Source: Vicugna vicugna
Taxonomy: Eukaryota
Assembly: GCA_013265495.1 (NCBI GenBank)
Contig: MU057887.1
Location: 2,017,576-2,081,575, forward strand
Direction: 5' to 3'
DNA: 64,000 nucleotides
How positions within the stretch are numbered: the first letter of the stretch is position 1; the number at the start of each line of letters is the position of its first letter. The position numbers and the translations under genes were made by a program. The notes beneath the pieces were generated by a model. The model was not told the origin of the DNA and made no database searches. It worked only from the letters and a program-made list of their open reading frames with translations. Shown in pieces: positions 24,601 to 37,170 of the stretch.

Positions 24601-25659
24601 AGGCTTACGGAGTCTGACCGGTGGGTCTGTCTTCGGTTGAGAACTTGACAAAGGCACTGGGTTGCATGAGGGCTATTTCGTATTGAACGCTGTCTTAAAA
24701 CGCTGGACTCACACACAGCTGACCAGCTGCTTGTGTCGTGAGGGCTGTGCGTGAACGGGAAGAAGGGGGGTTCTGTCTCCTGTCCCACCGGCTGGATGGA
24801 AAGGCAGGAAATAAAGCTCACACCACCCGAGGCCTTTTCTTTTCCTTTTCTCTTGTGCCAAGAAAATAGAGCAGAAGCGACACAAATGAAGTTCCTGCGC
24901 AGTGTGTCTCCCCCGGAAGCACTCACTGGTGCAGTTAGATTATGAGGGTCCAAGTGTGGTCGTCTAGGGGGAAAACCGCTCACCAACCCACCCCTCACCC
25001 ATCTACCCACCGACTAACCAGCCAGCACACCTCGTCTGCACCGGGTAACCAGCGGAGGCGAGGGCCGTCCGCCCGGAGCCGCGTGAAGAGGCTGCACCTT
25101 CTCCAAGCAGGAACACGTTGTGGGCCACCCGACAATGGCCAATGCCCTTGAAGAAAAGGCTGGCAGCCTCTGGAGCTGCCAGCTCCCCCTCCTCTTCTCC
25201 ACATGGGGCTTCTCTGATGACACGTCCCCGGGGCCCGTCACCCACTTCTCTGCTTGTTTGCTCCCGGTCTCCTCTCCTTGGACTCCCCGTCGTGTGTGTT
25301 CCCCGTGATTCTGATCTGTGTCATTTCTCACGGCAATTTTTTCCCTTTCTTCGGATTCTGTGGCTTTTGCAGAGAAGGTGATGTTGAGGGGAGCATCGAT
25401 CCACTCAGCAGGGACACGACGAGCTTGGCATGAGCTGGACTCCCGCGCGGGCCTCCGTGCTTGGAGTGCCCGGTGCGCTGGGAAGTGACCGTGGCTGAGG
25501 ACCCAGCTGACGTGGGTCCGAGCCTGAGAGGAAGCCACAGCACGGCTGGCGGTTCGGGGTATTTTCTTAGTCTCGGCGTCTTCAGCTATAAAAGGAGACT
25601 AATGATGCACGCAGTAAAGGGCCTGTTCTGTAGAGTCAATGGAAGTTTCATTGGAAAAG

Positions 25660-25900
25660 TCCTAGTAAGTGGCCAGAGAGGCTAAGTGACTGGCTGAAGG
25701 CCATACAGTGAGACAGGGCTGGAGCCCTGCCCCAAATCTGGCCGACTCCACAGAGTCGGAATAACGGCGCGGAGTCCCACGTACCTGGACCCAACCCCCC
25801 GTCTTCCGAGAACTCCATGGCTTTGTGCTTTATCATTCAGCCTCTTTGAGCCTTAACTGTATCTTCTATCACATGGAATGATAACAAACAGTAGCAATAG
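25660..25900. mobile_element. MIR relics
   Basis: cagagaggctaagtgactggctgaaggccatacag (antisense core) and ctttgagccttaactgtatcttctatcacatggaatgataac. Confidence 0.5.
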
Positions 25901-27539
25901 CAAACAGTGCCCTTTGACGGTCATTGTCTATGGTTCCTTCTCCTCATTTTGGTTCTGTCGAGTCTGCCCTTGAGTTCAGATGCACAGAGCACCAACCGCC
26001 GTCCTGGAATGTGCCGAGTCGAAGTGTGGGGGATGTGCAGAAGAGGGGCTCTGCCCTGGGCCAGCAGGAGAGACACGTGGGAAGTGTGCTCCAGGCACCG
26101 TGGGGGCGAGCGACATCCTTCTCCCTCACCCCCACCCACGTCTGCAGTGGGGTCCATGCGTTCCTTCCAGCGTCCCTGAATGTCGCTATCTGCCAGAGAG
26201 GAAGAGACCACGCTTGTCCCGCCTGCTGGCTGTTGACCACGCCTGGTGTCTTCCCACGACCAGAAAGACAGCTTCTGGCTTCTTGATCCTAGCAGACTAG
26301 CTCTCCACGGTCTGCCCTCCACCTGGTTCGAGTCGTTTCTCACCCCTCCACTCCCCCTGCGTTAGCCACATTCGCCCCTCACGTTATGTGCCATGGCTTG
26401 AGTCTTCCAGAGCCATACCTATATGTGGTCCATCTCTCGCTTGATTTCTCTTCCTACCGCCCATCTTTCAAGCCCCAGCCCAGTTCCCGCCCCTCCTGGA
26501 AGGCCTCTGGAGGCTCGTCACCACTGCCAGTCCACCTCCCTCCTGCTCCCACTCTTCCTCCGTACCCCATCTCTAGAACACTCGCAGTCATCCTAGAATG
26601 TGGAGGTCTGTGCATGCTTCCAACCCCCCAGGCCAGAGACCACAATCCATGCATCTGTGCAGTGAGCGCGGAGGCCCAGGCAGGACGGCCTGAAGACGGC
26701 TGACGTTCCCGTGGGTGACGGGGCGGGTGACGGGCGGCCGACGTGTCTCCTCCTGCAGCGCGAGCTCCCCGAGGGCAGGCGGTGCGGCCGTGCGTCGCGT
26801 GTCCTGGGAGAGCACGAGGCTCCCGGGGAGGCCCAGTAGCTATGTGCTGGTCGTGCATGTGTCCGGGAGGCCGAGCACGTGGAAGGCGGCCTTGCCCTTG
26901 GCCAAGGTTCTCCCTGCTGTTCTCATTCAAGCACTGAAAGTCTCTTCTCCTTGGGCGGCTCAGGCGGCCGCGGGCAGGCGAGCGTGCCTCCCGGGGGCCC
27001 GGCCCCGGCCTTCTGCCGCCGCCTCGCACCAGCGTCGCTTTGTGGGGCTTCTGGCTTGCCTGGCGGGTGCGGCCCGCTCTCGGCCTTCTCCTCCGGGGAG
27101 GCACGTCGGGCCCTCACCCTGGAAGGTCCCAGGCGGCCCACGGCCTCGGCGCTCCTGCAGGTGGCATCCAGAACTCCGCCTTGAATCACCTTTCTAGCTT
27201 TTACTTCATTCAGTAACAGCGCCCCCCCCGGGGGGGGGTCCCACAAGCCCCTGTTAGGAGGGGTGGGCTGCAGCCCGCCCGCCGCCCAGCGGCGCAGGTG
27301 CTGGCGCCCTCCGGCGCGTCTCCCCAGGCCCTCAGAGCTGCTAGTGGGTTTCTTTGCTTCCAGTTTCACCCTTTCCGTAACTTTCTTTACCAGGCAGCCA
27401 TAGCGGATTTTGAAAAATGCAAATCCAATCACACCGTGAGAAGCGCTCCGCCTGCCCCGTGCCTTCGGGAGGCACCGGAGCTCCTTGGCGCCTTAAAAGG
27501 GCGCCGTGTGTCCTCCTGGCGCCGTGCTCCCTGAACACC

Positions 27540-27775
27540 AAGCCGCCTGCCGTCCTGACAGCAAGCGCGCCGCCTCCTGGCTGTGCTTTCAAAGGCTGCC
27601 CTCTGCCTGGAGTGCCCACCCCCATCTCAGCACCTGAAAGGCTTCTTTTCAGTTTCCAGGCCCTATTCAGTCCTCACCTCTGTCTGAAGTCTCTCTTGAA
27701 AACCCCAAACGGAGATAATCACCCCTCTTTGTATTTTCCCCGCGTCTCCGACACCCTGTTGTCACTACGTGCAGC
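27540..27775 (+). mobile_element. L2 relic
   Basis: ccctctgcctggagtgccc...cttttcagtttccagg...tcacctctgtctgaagtctctctt resembles the L2 3' region. Confidence 0.45.
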
Positions 27776-29339
27776 ACTTGGGGTGTAATTGCTTGTTTAC
27801 AGCGGAGTTGGATCTTTCATAGTTTGGTCCTAAAGTCACCTAGGAGGTGAAAATTGCTTGTAATCAAAATTACTCCTGAAATTCCCTTCAATTGCCCATA
27901 AAGAGCGGCGCACACGGTTTGGTGTCAATAGACCACAGCGGGTCCTCCGAGCCGCTGCGTCGCAGTTCACCAAGACCCGCGGCGAGCCTTCCAGTCTCAT
28001 CATGGGTGTCGAGGAAGCCTCTGCCCGTGCGCTGAACAAAGCCGCCTGCCTGCCTTCTGCCGACGGCCAGGGGCAAGCCGAGACCCCACCTGCTCCGCAG
28101 CTTGCTGCCCGGCCTGGCCGGCTCTGGCCGGCCCACGCTGCGCTCCGGGGCACCGCTCGCCGGGAGCCGTGCTGGGCAGGGCCCCTCTCCCTGCCGCCCC
28201 TCCGGGGATTAGACTTCAGCGCACGTGAGGTCAGCGAGCAGCCGGTGTGGACGCAGGGGTGGGCTCTGTCTCCGGCTAGACTGGAAATTCCAGGGTTAGA
28301 AACTATGTGTTACTCGTCTTCAGGGACCCAACAGCAAACGACTGGGAAAGCAGCCTCTCCATCTTCCGCCGGATGCCGGCATGCAGGGGGGCTCCCGTGG
28401 CTGTTCACGAACACGCCGAGACAGAGCGCGCTCCCCGGCAAGCGGCTGCCGACCGGGAGCCGTGCTGGCCCAGTACGGGCAGCCTCCCTCGCCCTCTGTG
28501 CCCGTCTTCCCGGCAGCTGCGTTTGCTGCTCTGTGCGGCTCTTCTGGCCATGTGCTTCCTCTATTACTCCAGAGTCCGGCTTTCAGAAGTCTGTGCAATG
28601 CAACACTACTCTTTCATAATAATCCCGCTTGAGGGTTAGTGTTTCCGGATACGTGCTTACTGACATGCGCTGCCAGTGCTTTCCGAGCACACTTTCAAGC
28701 CCAATTCCTTGGGCTTTTCAGGAAACGACCTGCCCCAGGGACGAGCAGGAGGGAGGAGGCTGTGCTGCGCCTTAGTGACCGGGGATGCTTGCGCCAGAAG
28801 GCGGGGGATGAGCAATTCTTTTCAGAAGCTCTGCCCAGCATCTGCTTTCTACAAAGGAGGAGACAGTCTCCTGCCTTCAGATCTGCAGACCAGGACGCAG
28901 TGGTCTGGAGAGCTTCATTAAACGTGTTAAGTTGGAAGAGAGGAATGCTGTAAACAGACACTAAGAAACTCAATCTCTACTTGCAGGAAGGTTGACTTCT
29001 GACTGGTACGCATCCTCCAGTCTGAAGGTCCTCACCTCCCTCACTCAGTTTACACCACGCTGGTGAATGCAGCCAATGCTAAACCAGCCTTTGGGCCACG
29101 ATGCACTTTCTATCTCCCACTTCTATTAAGCTGACTTCTATCATTAACTTCGTCTTCGCTGACAATGGCAACAGGTAAAATGGAACGAGTTGGTGTGCTC
29201 CCAGTTACAGCGCTGGAATAAAAGCTGCCCCAGGATTCAGCGATGTTTCAGCCAACATTTAAATTATCCAGCAGGACCGTCAAGAGACAACGGGTATCGC
29301 TTGTTGTCGTAGAATATGATACAGCTGACCTAAACAGTC

Positions 29340-31100
29340 TTCGCTGGTTTACCTTGGTAGAGAATTCTAGGCTTAAAGTCACCCTCCCCACGGGCTTCTG
29401 AAGCTCTTCTGTACTGTCTTCCAGCCGAAGTCGCCATCAGTGAGAAACAGGCAATCTTCTTCCTTCTCCCCCCACCACCTTGTAGGCAATCCGTATTTTC
29501 TCTTTGGCTGATTTTGCAACGTGATCAAAAAAGGCAAACAAGGTTTCGCCTGATGTTGGGTCCAGGCGTGCATTTATTTTTAATTATCCTGTTTATGATG
29601 CAGTGAGCCCCTCAGCTTGAGAATTCAGGCCTTTCTTTGATTCTCGAAACCCCTTGGCCATTATTGTCTGCCTCCTTCTCTTTATGATTTTCGTCTGGAA
29701 TTCAAGTGAGAGCCACGTCAGGATTGTGTTTGTTTAGTCTCAGCTTCCTCCAACCTCAGTCGTGCTTTCAAACCTTCCTCCTCTCCGTGCTGCGTTCCAG
29801 GCTACGTCCTCATTCCTGCCTTCCTGTTCACTGATTCTCTGTTCAGCTGCTTCAGTCTACCATTGAAATGACTGTCGGACTTTGCAGTTTAAATGATGGT
29901 CTTCTTTGTTCTGAGAAACTCTACATGGCTCTTTTCTAAATCTGCTTGTTCTTTCCAGAATCTCGTGTTTTCCACATGGTTTCTATTCCTTCTTTCATCC
30001 CTGTAATTATTTTAAACATAACCATTTTATGGTTTCGCAGAATCCTCACATTTAGTGTGCTGCCCCCAATTATTCTCAGCCCTTTCTAAGAGGGTTGCAG
30101 ATGCTGAACAGATGCTTTCCCACCCCCAACATCAGTTTGGGGATAACCTTGGCTAAATGAATACAAGCAAAAGTGCCACGTTTTGACAGTAGGCTTATGA
30201 ACCTTTGCCTGTGAGAAAATGTCCCAAATAGTGGCTACTCACACTGATGAGCTTTTAGGATGACAAAGACACGGGGAGCAGAGTCAAAGCCAACCTGCAG
30301 GATGCCACATAGTGTGAGTGAGGCAAACATGCTTGCTTCTTTCGGCCACGGGGATTTGGGGGTTTTTGTTACACAGCATGGCCTGGTCTAAGCTGCTGAC
30401 ACTGGCACTAACTCTTCTTTTGTGGTATCTGCTTGTGCTGGCTCACGGTGGGTTCATTACTCGTGTGGTTTGTCATTTTGTTGTTGCGAATCTGTCTTCA
30501 CTGTGAGTTGTTTTTGTTTTTGGCCGTGGGAGTCTCACGGACTCTGAGTGGTGGGTGTGTCTCTGCTGATATATATTTTGTTTCTTTTCTTCCTTCTGCC
30601 CAGAAACCCCAGGTTTTCACCAGTCTGGGGCCTTTGTTCTTTGCAGACTTTTACTCTATATTGCTCTTCTAAATTCAGACCCCAAACCTGTATGTGGTCA
30701 AGGCTTATGTGTTTAATTTTCATGAGAGCCTTTGTTTCTGACCACATCTGGAAACAAGGTGACCTCTCCCTTCAGCCCCTACTTGGGGGGCAGTTTCTGC
30801 CCACTTTTCTGGGTGGGTTGCCCATCTCGGATCCTGCCTTTATGCAGGGACCTCGCTTCCTTGTCCTGACTTTACACAAGGACGTGTCTTCTGCCCAGCG
30901 TGGACATGAAAGTCCTGACCCAGCCCCTGGGCCTCGTATCTGGTCAGATGCCCTGTGATGCCCCGGCCTCGAGTTCCCACTCTATTTTGGGGACCTGGCT
31001 CCTTGCATTTTAATCTTAACTATGTTTGCAACTTTTAAAAGTTACACTTAACACAGTTTTCCCATGTACTTGGAGTGGAAGAGCCTGGCTCAGCTCTTTC
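29340..31100 (-). mobile_element. Old L1 (L1ME/L1M4-like) ORF1/5' region, interrupted by MLT1
   Basis: tagagaattctaggc...ttctgaagc...tgtcttccagc; T-rich antisense L1 composition resumes after 30400. Confidence 0.55.
30050..30402 (+). mobile_element. MaLR LTR (MLT1J/K-like)
   Basis: ttggctaaatgaatacaagcaaaagtg...gacacggggagcagag...tgtgagtgaggcaaac...gatttgggggtttttgttacacagcatggcct. Confidence 0.7.
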
Positions 31101-31104
31101 TGCT

Positions 31105-31255
31105 AATTTTGTTGTCTGTTTGCTCACCAAGGCTTGAACCCCAGGAGGGCAGGGACCACTTCCATCCTAGTCACTGTCATTCCACGGTGCCTGGAGCACG
31201 CGCAGGACATGGAGGTGCTCAGCAGGTCTTTGTCCACTGATCGAATAAATGACAC
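31105..31255 (+). mobile_element. L2 3' end
   Basis: gagggcagggaccac...gtcactgtcattccacggtgcctggagcac...ggaggtgctcag...gaataaatga. Confidence 0.7.
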
Positions 31256-31539
31256 CTTGAAAGAAGAGGTTGGAGGGGACCTGCAGAGGACAGCTGGTTG
31301 CTTCTGTCTGTCATGATTCTGCTCCTCTGCCCTTTCCAGCAGTTGGGCTGTTACAGGATAGGTTTGCGCAGGAATTGGGAGAGGACTAGAAAGCAGCTCG
31401 AGGGGAGAAAGGTTTTTCCTGTAAAAGCCTTGTTTGGGTTCCCTGGGGTGTTCCACCCCCCTGTTCCCAGGGGGGCCAAAGCAAGCCTGGGTCCCTGCCT
31501 TGGTAGCTCCCAGGGCCACACATGAGGGGCACACAGACT

Positions 31540-31800
31540 GGCAATTACACCCGGTTGGTAAGCACTGCAGTGAAGAGGAGGATGGGAATGTGAGAGCACA
31601 GGTGGGAGCGCAGGCCCAGGAAGGCTTCCTGGAAGAGGTGACAATTAGGCCTGAGCTGTGGCGGACTCTGGGCTTTTGTCAGGGGGACACAGGCAGAGGA
31701 GGGAGGGAACGGGCATCCCTGATGGGGACGCAGCACGTGGCAATGCTTAGAGGCGAGAGCAGGGCGATGGGCTGTGGGGACCAGCAGGCTGGGCAGAGCT
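31540..31800 (-). mobile_element. L2 relic
   Basis: cccaggaaggcttcctggaagaggtgacaattaggcctgagc is the antisense L2 hallmark. Confidence 0.6.
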
Positions 31801-34800
31801 TTACTATTTTCAGGCCGGGCATGTCTCCCCTTCCACCTGCAGACGTTAATTTTCTCGGATTACTCTTACTCAACCACTTTGAAACCGTAGATTCTCTTCT
31901 CAGAAATAGCACATTCGCTCAGCATTCAGTGTGGAGACAAAGAGGGTGACATCAGACCAGGGTTCAGGAGGGCTCAGGAGCTCATCTCTGCAGAGAAGTT
32001 TGGCTTCCAGATGCCCCTAGAATGTTCTGGGCCAACTCTGACTCAAGCCACCCCCAGGGACATCAACACAGGAGACTTTCAGGCAGGTGGACTTGAGGGT
32101 CTGAGGAATGAGGCTGTTTCTGGGCAGACACAGGCTCCAGCCCAGCTTGACGCGTTGGTGTTCTGTGTCCATGGGCAGCGGGGTCCCCCCCGTGGCCACA
32201 GTGCCCTACCCCTGCAGGGGGCCGATAGGACCGTCTCTTCCTGCGGTGTTTTAAATGCTGTGGAGGGAAGACTGAACGTGTTTGCAGGTAAATAAATGGC
32301 ACTTGCTAAGTCTGAGCTGTTAGTATTACTGATACATTTCAATTTATCTTTCTTCATTCTTAACGGATTCATATTCTGTTTATTTTATTCAAACCTGCCT
32401 GTGACGATCCAGGTTGAGGCCACTGGTCGGTCCCCCCTCTCCAGGGGTTCCCAGGACAACATCCCATGGGGTGGCTCTGTTTCTGGAGTCCTCTGAGCTC
32501 CTGCCCCGGGGGGCTGGCCAGCGCCGCCCCGCAGGCTGGGGAAGGAGTCAGGAGGGCCATGAAGCCATCGGGTGCCTCCACGATTTATTAACTTTGACTT
32601 GGAAGTTAAAGCCCCAGCGGCAGAGATTAGGGATGAGCAAAGGAAATGAGAAGTTGCCTTTCCTCTTCTCAGCCTTGAATCAGAGCCCGACAACTCCGAA
32701 TAAAAATGGAAAAAATTTCAATTACGAGGCAGATGGATTTTAGGTGTCTGGCCTCTCTGCCGTCTTGACTCTAAATCTGACATGAGAAGCCCCAGCTGCT
32801 CCCACGGGGGTGGACTCTGCGGTCCGGGCTGCCCTGGCGGGAAGGGAGGTGCAGACTTTGTGCTGTGTCCCTGGGCCGCGCAGGGCAGAGACGAGCCCCC
32901 GACCACGGCCGTGCCAGTGTGCTGCATGGAGGGGCTCAGAGGGAGACCCCTGGCCTCGCAGACCCAGCTCCACCGTCCACACTCTGAACTCAGAGCCCAG
33001 TGCCCAGGATGAGCTGCCTGCCGTGGGGCGCAGGGTCCCACCATTCACTGTTGGATCCCCACGGGTCACACCTCTGCCTTTGGGGAGCCTACACTCTAAT
33101 TGTGGGTAACAGACCCCCAAGAGGTCGACACTAACAAAAACAGGGAAGCTCCCCTCCTCCAGGGAGCCCTCCGGCCTCCCGGGTGGGGTCAGGCAGAGCC
33201 ATGCCCCTCGCCGCCTGGCTCCCGTGGCGCCTCTCTGGTTGCTTTGTTTTGGGACCTGCCTCGCTTCGTCCTGTCCCCAGGCTCCCTTGGTCTCGCCTCT
33301 TGCTTTTCCTCAGACGGTCTGGGAGGAGGGTGGGGGCTGTGCTGGTCGAGGGCCCGGCTGAACTGGAGAAGGAGCAAGTTTCTGATCAGATGTGGGACTG
33401 AGCTTTGAACAGGCTGCGGCTTTTGACCGAGGCATTAGGAAATAAAAGAGTCCCCACACGCAGAGCAGAGAACTCAGGCCTCGCGGCCGCGGGGGCCGCC
33501 AGGGTGTCCCCATGCACGTCCTCTGTCGGTCTGCTCACCAGGTCCGTGCCCCCACCCACGGGAGGCCTGTCCTCTCACGGGTGCGCCCGCTTTCCTGGCT
33601 CTCAATGGTCCGTTGCGGCGGGGAGTGTGAGTCCTGGCTACGAGGCTGCCTCCCTCCTCCTTTCGTCTGAGTGGGGTCAGTGAGAGCGCCAGATTTCTGC
33701 TCTCGTGGCCACCTCCAAGCCCCGGGGGGCCCCAGGACGGCTGTACTCCTTACGGGCCCCGCTGCCTCGTTTTCCGTCCTGCCGCCTCCTCCCTGAACGT
33801 GTGCAGAGATTAAAGAGTGCGAACACCCACCAGGGTGACGTGAACGGCGAGCCCGAGGGGGCCTGGGTCTGACCACGCTGGGGAGATGCATGACGTGAGT
33901 GCTGAAGGGAGAAGGACGCACCCCGGAAAGTCAACGGTGGGGACCGTGCAGCGGAGAGATGGAGTTCCGGGCGAGCCGAGGGAGCGAAATGAGGACGCCC
34001 GAGGCTGGGGCGCCGGGGCGGCGAGCACCGCCTTCCTCATCGGCGCCCCTCTCCGCTCCACCTCGAGGGGGCAGCCAGAGCCATTCGGGCACGTTTGGGA
34101 AAGTCTGGGCTTGCCCCCATCATCCCCTCCCCCGTGGCCGTGCAGGCACTCACTGGGTCCCTGGGCAGGTGTGGCCACGCGTCCCCGCTGCGTCCAGAGC
34201 TCCTGCTTTACGTCTTCCCCCTGCCCCTGCGCCCGGCCCCGCGAGGGTCCTGGAGGCTCTGCCGGCAGCCGGCAGGGACGGGGGCTCCGGGCAGGCGGAC
34301 ACTCACGGCATGCTCTCCTGGGCGCTGCAGAGAGATCTGCGGGCCTGCCTGGCGCGCCCGGCGCTGTGAGCTGCTGGCCAGGATCCAGTTCAGATGCTGG
34401 CTCGGACCCCGTCAGCTCTCACCCTGGTCTTCTGGTTTTCCGTGGGGACACCCTCGGGCACGTCTCACTGGGCTGTGGGGTCTGCAGATGGAAAGCCCGG
34501 GTCGTGGGGGGCAGGAGCGCCGGGTAAGCCTGGTACACCCCTGGGGGAGTGCGTGGGGGGGGTGGGCTCTCCCCACTGCGGCCCCGACCTCTTGTCCCTC
34601 CGGGCCACCCCATCCTTGCACTGACCCTTGCTGGGCCCACCTGCGCATCTGTGTCTGGGCAGCTCCTCACCCTCCTGGAGGGGCCCCCCTGCTCTGCTCC
34701 GCGGCCTGGGGACGGCCCGGCCCCGTCTCCGAGCTGGACCAAGCCCTCTGGCCCTGGACCACATGGTGCACGGTCTTCCGCACGCTTTCTCTTTCTTCCG

Positions 34801-34951
34801 CCCCGGCCGTCTGCTGGGAGGGTGCCTCCTGGGCCTCTGGGGGTTTCCATGAGGGTGGGTCCACCCTGAGTGTGTAGCTTTCCAGTCGAGCACAGACCTT
34901 GAACTTACCTGGTGCTCACATGCGGCTGATAAATCAAGTGGTGGCGGCAGA

Positions 34952-35103
34952 GGGGGAGGGTATGGCTCAGTGGCTGAGCGTGTGTCTGGCCTGCGTGAGG
35001 TCCTAGGTTCAGTCCCCAGTACCACCATTATAAATAAATAAAAACCTAATTACACCCCCCCAAAATTAATAAAAATAAAAACAAACAAAAATAATGTTTT
35101 AAA
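34952..35103 (+). mobile_element. tRNA-derived SINE (camelid Vic-1-like)
   Basis: gggggagggtatggctcagtggctgagcg (A box)...gaggtcctaggttcagtccccagtacc (B box)...aaataaataaaaacctaattacaccccccc + A-rich tail. Confidence 0.85.
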
Positions 35104-36965
35104 TAGAAGGTAATGGAGAGCTGATTTGAGTGCTGTGAATGGAAAGGACACTTTAGGACCCAAGCTCCTGGGGGCCTACAGTAAACAGACCGCAGTGCCC
35201 AGCCCCCCGCCCCCAAGGGGCCTGCTCTGGGGGCTTCCTTCGCAGCTCCTCCATGAGACCTAACCGGGAGCCAGCGGAGAGGAGGGGGTCGCGCTGGGGC
35301 TGGCCGGTACTGCTGGCCGCTGAATCTCCAGGAGCTTGGCCCGTCAGCTGGTATCACGTTGGGAGCTTGAAACCAGCCCCCGTGGGAGCCCTGGCACCGC
35401 AGATGCCGGTGGGGACGAGGGATGCTGGTAAGGACCCCGGTCCTACCCCCCACCCGGCAGGGACCGCAGGCTGCTGGGTGCCTACCCCCTCCCCCGCCTG
35501 GGCCCAGGGCTGCTGCCGCCGGACGCTTCCTCTTTGCCTTCTCCTGCTTCTCTTTTGTGTCTCTTTCCTAACAGCCTCTGCACCCCACGGCTCCGCCTTC
35601 CTGCACTTGGCGTTCTGGGAAGCTGGCCTCTCCCGGGCAAGCCTCCCCCCGCCCACTCTGCCCTGGGCCGGTGGACAGAGGACCGGGGGCACCCTCATTT
35701 GCTCTGCTGTGGCCCTTCCAGGGAACCGTGGTGGGGAGGGTGGCCTTGCTGTCGGGACTTGGCCACCTGGGGTGTCTGGCGAAGTTCCCTGGCAGTGTGA
35801 CTGAACCAAATGCACGTCTCCGTTTCCAGGCAGGCCGGGTGGCTCGCGTGGCCTGGGCTTGGGTGTGCCCGTCCACCATGGCCCCAGGCAGTGTCAGCAC
35901 TGTGGGGCCTCCCACCCAGCGGGCCCCGCGAGGCCCCGGCTCCTGGCCCCGGTGCCCCCGGCTCCCTGCATCCCGACGGCCCTGGAGTCCTCCCACTCTC
36001 CCTGCGGCGTCTGCTGCTGGTGTCCGTGCTCCGGGAGGTAAAGCATCGGGGGCGGGAAGGGCGTCTGCTTCACTCTTGGCTGTGTCACCCGTCCTGGGCC
36101 CCGTGCCTGGCGCCTGGCGCCTGGCGCTGTGACGTGCTGTCGGAGTCCACGCGGGTGGCGTTGTCGCTGTTACTCTGCGGCTGGTGTGTCGCTCTCCCTT
36201 GCCTGTGCCAGCACCCCCACGGCTGCGCTGACATCCCTCCTACTGGTGAGTGTGTCCCCACCCCCGCTGCAGGGCACGGTCACCTCCACTCTCACGGCGG
36301 CCGTCTTGTTACAAAGACCGTCCTAGCTCCGGTCACTCCAGGTCTGGCATTTCTCCATCACATCGAGTTTATAGTCTCACCTGGAGGTTTGGGGAAAAAA
36401 TTGAATCAATGGTTTTTAATTATGTCCATCTTGTAGACTTTACATTACAGGAACCGCTCGATAATAGTTTATAATCCAAACAGCCGCAGGAGCATTGCTC
36501 TGTACAGAACAGAACGCCAGGGTTTTCTCTTCCTTCACCCATAAGCTCTGTAAAAGTGCCGCCTCTTCCCGATCTGGTCGTTGCGCCCCCTGCGCGGCCC
36601 TGCGCGTGGGAGGGGGGCCAGGGTGAGCGCTGATTCTGCGCTTGGTTCGTCGCCGCAGACCCGTGTGCAGGCAGGGGGCCGGCACGGGTCCGGGAGAGGG
36701 GACCCCGGACAGGGGCTTGTCCCCCCTCCCCTGGCTCTGTGTGTCTGAGCTCCTGCCGAGCGTCTCCGAGCTCAGGCAGCTTTTCTGTGGGGCTGGGAGG
36801 GGCGGCGAGCGAACACCAAACAAGCATGCTTGAGCCAGCTCTTCCGGACAAGGCGAGGCTGGGCGTGCCGTGGGCTCGCCGGGCCAGGACGCAGCTCTGC
36901 CCCTGCTGGCTGGGGGAGCCTGGGTGGGCAGCCCAACTTCTCTGCTTTTAGTTCCACTGATTATA

Positions 36966-37170
36966 TTTTGTCTTTTTAAAAAATTTAATGTTTACTAAAC
37001 AACTATTTTGTCTTTTGTTTTTAATTAATTTTACTTAGCAACCCTTTTTATCTGGGGGGGGCAGGTAATTAGATTCAGTTATTTGTTTTTTAATGGAGGT
37101 CCTGGGGATTGAGCCCAAGACGCCATGCATGCTAAGCACGTGCTCCACCCCTGAGCTCCACCCCACCTGC
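36966..37170 (-). mobile_element. tRNA-derived SINE (camelid Vic-1-like) with degenerate 17-bp TSD
   Basis: T-rich tail, ggggggcaggtaattag...tggaggtcctggggattgagccca...ctccacccctgagct; TSD tagttccactgattata (36949-36965) / tagttccatcgaatata (37171-37187). Confidence 0.85.

Noticed and set aside
25585..25600. TATAAAAG box
   Set aside because: No downstream exon or ORF support; followed by MIR relics
21370..27170. Other CTCF-like (e.g. ~21374, ~27153) and G-quadruplex-like motifs
   Set aside because: Expected by chance at this GC content; unsupported without scoring or ChIP data
33886..35028. Cluster of overlapping 150-260 aa ORFs
   Set aside because: Open in many frames at once, typical of stop-poor GC-rich DNA
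34952..35030. tRNA-like A and B boxes
   Set aside because: Followed by a SINE body and A-rich tail, with a second copy at 37 kb; a SINE, not a tRNA gene
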